A stretch of 64,000 nucleotides of DNA from an uncultured archaeon. Lineage in GTDB: Archaea; Asgardarchaeota; Lokiarchaeia; Sigyniarchaeales; SOKP01. The stretch covers positions 1 through 64,000 of the forward strand of contig CAZBPC010000004.1 in assembly GCA_964493715.1 (NCBI GenBank). Direction: 5' to 3'. Below the pieces are notes generated by a model. The model was not told the origin of the DNA. It ran no database searches and worked only from the letters and a program-made list of their open reading frames with translations. The translations under genes were made by a program, and so were the position numbers. Shown here piece after piece: positions 60,139-64,000 of this stretch (within the stretch, counting starts at the first letter, position 1; each line of letters begins with the position of its first letter).

Positions 60139-61605
60139 ATGATTGAAAATGATGCTATCGCTGAATTTGCATTAGAATATGCTCAATCTAATGGCAAAAA
60201 ATGCGAATATGTGGAAGTTAGGTCTGAAATAAATAGCACGGATACGGTTGCATTTATAAATGGAAAGCTACACATCGGAAACTTACCAATAGAGCTCACA
60301 AGTGATGCATTTTCAAGAAAAAGTGGAATAAATATCCGGATCATTGCTGATGGAGGAATGGGTATGGCATCAACAAATCAATTGACAAAGGAAGTAATAA
60401 TGGAAAGCACTGATCGCGCATATCGGAACGCAAAGAGAAGTGGTAAGCATAGAAAAGAGCCAATTGGAATGAGCGATGAGGAAGTTTATGAAGAGGTATG
60501 GCAAAGCGAGTATAAGGTGAATCCAATGGATGTGACATTAGAAGAAAAAATACAATTTCTACAAGGATTTGTTGATATTTTTAAAGAGAAATATCCAATA
60601 GAATATATTCATATTTTTGTTTTACTCTCAGAACAAAGAGATACCTATTTCATAAATAGTGAAGGATCAAGAATTAGGAGTCATGTTCCTCGAGTGGCAT
60701 TCATACCAGTAATCATAGGGATTAAGGGTGGAGGACAAAATGAGCAATCAATGACAAACTATGCAACATCTTCAGGATGGGATGATTTAATTTCATGGAA
60801 TTTAGAAGAAAAAGTTAGACATACAGTAAATAAATTATCTGATATAGTTCTAAAAGCAAAAAAACCACCAGAGGGAGAAATTGACATTATACTAGGCCCT
60901 GACGTAGCCGGAATAATAGCTCATGAAAACTGTGGACATCCTTCAGAGGCAGATCGTATTCTTGGAAGAGAAGGTGCTCAAGCTGGTGAATCATATTTGC
61001 GAGAATATGAAATTGGATACAAGATTGGGAATGATTGTGTGAATGTATTTGATGATCCCACAATTAAAGGATCCTATGGATTTTATTTATTTGACGATGA
61101 AGGAGTCAAAGCAAGAAGAAGAGAATTGATAAAAGGAGGGATTTTTACTGAAATGCTGCAAAATAGAGAATCTGCAGCAGTTTTTCATTCCCAAAGTAAT
61201 GCAGCTGCAAGAGCAACAGCTTATGATCGAGAACCATTGATTAGAATGGCAAATACGTATTTTGCTCCGGGAGATTATTCTTTTGAAGAGATGGTAGAAG
61301 ACGTTAAATTGGGAATACTCATGAATTCCTTTACTGAATGGAATATAGATGATAAGAGACTACAATCAAAATATGTTGGTCAAGAAGCTTATTTAATAAA
61401 AAATGGTGAAGTTACAGACTCATTAGTATTGAAGCCTGCACTTGAAATTTCTTCTCCTGGATTATTTAGAAGTATTGATGCTCAAGGGAGGTTAGAAAAC
61501 TTAGAATGGCAAGGAGCTTTTTGTGGAAAATCAGAACCAGGTCAAGGATGTCCAGTATGGACAGGTGGATCACATGTACGCTTGAGAAATGTGAGGTTAG
61601 GATAG
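60139..61605 (+). CDS. tldD: TldD family metalloprotease
   Basis: HENCGHPSEAD, FDDEG, RMANT, CGK..PGQ..PV..G. Confidence 0.9.
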   Translation: MIENDAIAEFALEYAQSNGKKCEYVEVRSEINSTDTVAFINGKLHIGNLPIELTSDAFSRKSGINIRIIADGGMGMASTNQLTKEVIMESTDRAYRNAKRSGKHRKEPIGMSDEEVYEEVWQSEYKVNPMDVTLEEKIQFLQGFVDIFKEKYPIEYIHIFVLLSEQRDTYFINSEGSRIRSHVPRVAFIPVIIGIKGGGQNEQSMTNYATSSGWDDLISWNLEEKVRHTVNKLSDIVLKAKKPPEGEIDIILGPDVAGIIAHENCGHPSEADRILGREGAQAGESYLREYEIGYKIGNDCVNVFDDPTIKGSYGFYLFDDEGVKARRRELIKGGIFTEMLQNRESAAVFHSQSNAAARATAYDREPLIRMANTYFAPGDYSFEEMVEDVKLGILMNSFTEWNIDDKRLQSKYVGQEAYLIKNGEVTDSLVLKPALEISSPGLFRSIDAQGRLENLEWQGAFCGKSEPGQGCPVWTGGSHVRLRNVRLG

Positions 61606-61616
61606 GGTGAAGTAAG

Positions 61617-62978
61617 ATGAATGAAATGGAAGAAAAATCGTATCAAATTATGGATTTAATTAAAAAAAAAGTAGAGAAGTTTTGTACTGATTGGTCAATT
61701 AAAGCTATTCTTAATAATGAAAACCAAATTCGATTTTCTGAAAATCAAATTGATATTAATAAAAATTGGAATGAAATAAAGTTCATTTTGTTTCTATCTC
61801 ATAGGAGAAGGACGTTGGATATTGCAATTAATGATTTACGTCCTGAACCAATAGAAAAAGCATTACAAAATTGTGAAAAGCTCCTTAAAATAGCAAAATT
61901 AAACATCAATTATAAAAAAATGCCAGAAGGTCCGTTTAATTACAAGTCTTTAAACATATATGATGCTAATGTTGTTAATTTGGATGAAAACGCAGTTGAT
62001 TTGATTGTTGATGCTACTGAAGCTGCTTTAAATGAGGGAGCAAGCCGAGTAGCAGGATCTTTTTTTCACGGCTATACTCAAGTTATTCAAAGTAATAGTT
62101 TGGGATTAAAAGGTTCATACAAAAAAACAGCTCTAAATTTTAGAATTCGAGCGTTTGCTGAAGATATGTATGCAACAGGAGAAGCAATATCCTGTTCTAC
62201 GCATCTTGATCACGGATTTAGTGCTATTAATGCTGGAAAAGAAGCAGGAATGATATGCAAACAAGCAGTGGGTGGTAAAAAAGGAAAACCAGGCATATAT
62301 AACATTATAATTTATCCTAAAGTATCAACGGAGTTGCAAGCTCCAACTCCATCGATTGCTTTGAATAAATATACTCAAAAAATGGGACTTGCATGGTTAG
62401 TCGGGAAAAACGAAGGTGACAAAATTGCTAATGATATTATTTCGGTATGGGACGACGGGACCATTGATTACGGGCTAGCAAGTTCTCCTTATGATGATGA
62501 ATTAGTACCTACAAAAAAGAGTTTATTGATAGACAATGGAAAAATTCACCAATTTTTCACAAACACATCACTTTCCAAAAAAGACCAAGAATCTACAGGA
62601 AATGCGGGAATTACCGTTCCTATACCTACTAATACCGTCTTTTCTACTGGTGATTACACTCTTAAGGAATTAATAGAAATATCAGACAAACCTACCTTAC
62701 TCATAACATCAACTTGGTATACAAGATATCAGTCCTACGCCCCACCAGGTGCTTTATCATCGCTTCCAAAAGATGGAATGTTCATGATTAAAAATAATGG
62801 AAATGAGCTTGATCCCGTCAGAGAATTAAGAATCAATTCCAATCATTTCCACATGCTTGAGCATACAGTAGCTCTTGGAAAAGATTTAAAGCAAGTTTCA
62901 ACTTGGCTTGGAACAAATCCTGTTTTTGCTCCATATATGCTAATTGAAGATATAAAGATGACAACTGGTACAAAATAA
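61617..62978 (+). CDS. pmbA: TldE/PmbA family subunit
   Basis: Follows tldD; IRFSENQI, PYDDE.VP, TGNAG, WYTR; no HExxH. Confidence 0.85.
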   Translation: MNEMEEKSYQIMDLIKKKVEKFCTDWSIKAILNNENQIRFSENQIDINKNWNEIKFILFLSHRRRTLDIAINDLRPEPIEKALQNCEKLLKIAKLNINYKKMPEGPFNYKSLNIYDANVVNLDENAVDLIVDATEAALNEGASRVAGSFFHGYTQVIQSNSLGLKGSYKKTALNFRIRAFAEDMYATGEAISCSTHLDHGFSAINAGKEAGMICKQAVGGKKGKPGIYNIIIYPKVSTELQAPTPSIALNKYTQKMGLAWLVGKNEGDKIANDIISVWDDGTIDYGLASSPYDDELVPTKKSLLIDNGKIHQFFTNTSLSKKDQESTGNAGITVPIPTNTVFSTGDYTLKELIEISDKPTLLITSTWYTRYQSYAPPGALSSLPKDGMFMIKNNGNELDPVRELRINSNHFHMLEHTVALGKDLKQVSTWLGTNPVFAPYMLIEDIKMTTGTK

Positions 62979-63093
62979 ACACAACTCTCATTTTTTTTCT
63001 CTTCATTTTGTAGATATTATTCTAAGAATAGTTTGAATTAAAATAAATACTATTTTAATAATAAATAGAGAAAACTAAAATTTGGTATTAATT

Positions 63094-64000
63094 ATGCCGA
63101 ATCCTAAAAAATCCAGCAAAACTTCTAAAGTGAATGATAACCAAAAATCCTTATTTTCCTTTATAGATGATGGTAAACCAAAAGCTAAAAAAACAAAAGA
63201 AATTGTATCAGATAAACCTCAAGAAATAAAGGAAAAGGAAGAGAAGAAACCAGCTCAAGAGGGAACTTCTGAGATAAAGAGAGAACCAAAAAAGAAATCA
63301 GTGTCACTTAAAAAAGTAAAAAAAAACTATTTTGAGAATAGAGTTCAAGATTTTGGTTTGAAAGAAATTGATGTTGTTCTTGATTCCCTAAAAGAATCAG
63401 CTAGTTCAAAATATATTCGATACTTAATTGAAACTGATCAAATAGTTAAAAATTTGAAAAAGGGGCTTTTATTGGATGTCGATTATGATGGGGGTCAAAA
63501 TAAAGCAGTATGTAAGTTTTATGATTTAGATACAGATGAAATTAGGTTATGGATTGATACTACCGGTCATGAGCCATACTGTTTGAGTAAGGAACCGATA
63601 AAAACTTTGGAATCGGTCGCTGATTTAACGAGTTATAGTGGATTTAAGAGGTTTGAAGAAATAAAAAAAATAGATTTATTAAGCGATAAAGAAATAGCAA
63701 TGACTAAAATATATGGTGCTACTCCTTCTGATATTGGTGGATCGGGAACGAATATTAAAAATATACTTTCAAATGAAGATTATAAAGCTTGGGAAGCAGA
63801 TATTCGTTATCATCTTAATTATATTTTTGATACACAATTAATTCCTGGCTTAATTTATTCGATTGATAATGGAAAATTAAATAGAATTAGTTTTGAGGAC
63901 GATAGTGAGAATCTAAAAAAGTTAGCAGGTCAACTTCGGGATATTTTTATTAAAGAACCTAAAGAACTTCAAGAGTTTGCTGAAAAATTTTTAGATATAT
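63094..64000 (+). CDS. polB1: Family B DNA polymerase PolB1 (3'-partial); not in the ORF track
   Basis: Open from the ATG at 63094. LLDVDYDG..NKAVCKFYD, D.TGHEPY and AWEADIRY..NYIFD..LIPG match the crenarchaeal-type B1 N-terminus. N-terminal PIP-like QKSLFSF. Confidence 0.85.
   Translation, partial: MPNPKKSSKTSKVNDNQKSLFSFIDDGKPKAKKTKEIVSDKPQEIKEKEEKKPAQEGTSEIKREPKKKSVSLKKVKKNYFENRVQDFGLKEIDVVLDSLKESASSKYIRYLIETDQIVKNLKKGLLLDVDYDGGQNKAVCKFYDLDTDEIRLWIDTTGHEPYCLSKEPIKTLESVADLTSYSGFKRFEEIKKIDLLSDKEIAMTKIYGATPSDIGGSGTNIKNILSNEDYKAWEADIRYHLNYIFDTQLIPGLIYSIDNGKLNRISFEDDSENLKKLAGQLRDIFIKEPKELQEFAEKFLDI

Overview
AT-rich archaeal chromosomal segment. The gene content and style point to an Asgard archaeon, probably Lokiarchaeia: a Rab-like small GTPase, a longin/uDENN-like protein, giant membrane and helical-repeat proteins, PolB1, a PolB2 cassette, three RFC subunits, a proteasome alpha subunit and an intron-containing tRNA. 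Most genes are housekeeping or peptide/fatty-acid catabolism. Two hidden RNA-level signals stand out, and the ORF track misses both. (1) A small beta-grasp-like gene (11268-10804, minus strand) has two consecutive in-frame TGA codons, 38 more open codons, and then a eukaryote-type (AUGA...GA core) SECIS-like hairpin. It is a candidate Sec-Sec selenoprotein, and the cassette is flanked by a ~55-bp direct repeat of the neighbouring gene's 3' end. (2) The proteasome alpha gene is interrupted inside the conserved YGG-[IV]RPFG motif by a 31-nt hairpin that folds as a relaxed bulge-helix-bulge. Cutting at the predicted BHB sites restores an intact 244-aa protein, which makes it a candidate mRNA intron. 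A tRNA-Thr(UGU) with a strict BHB intron at position 30/31 implies the splicing endonuclease is present. All family calls come from motif recognition by eye; no searches were run.
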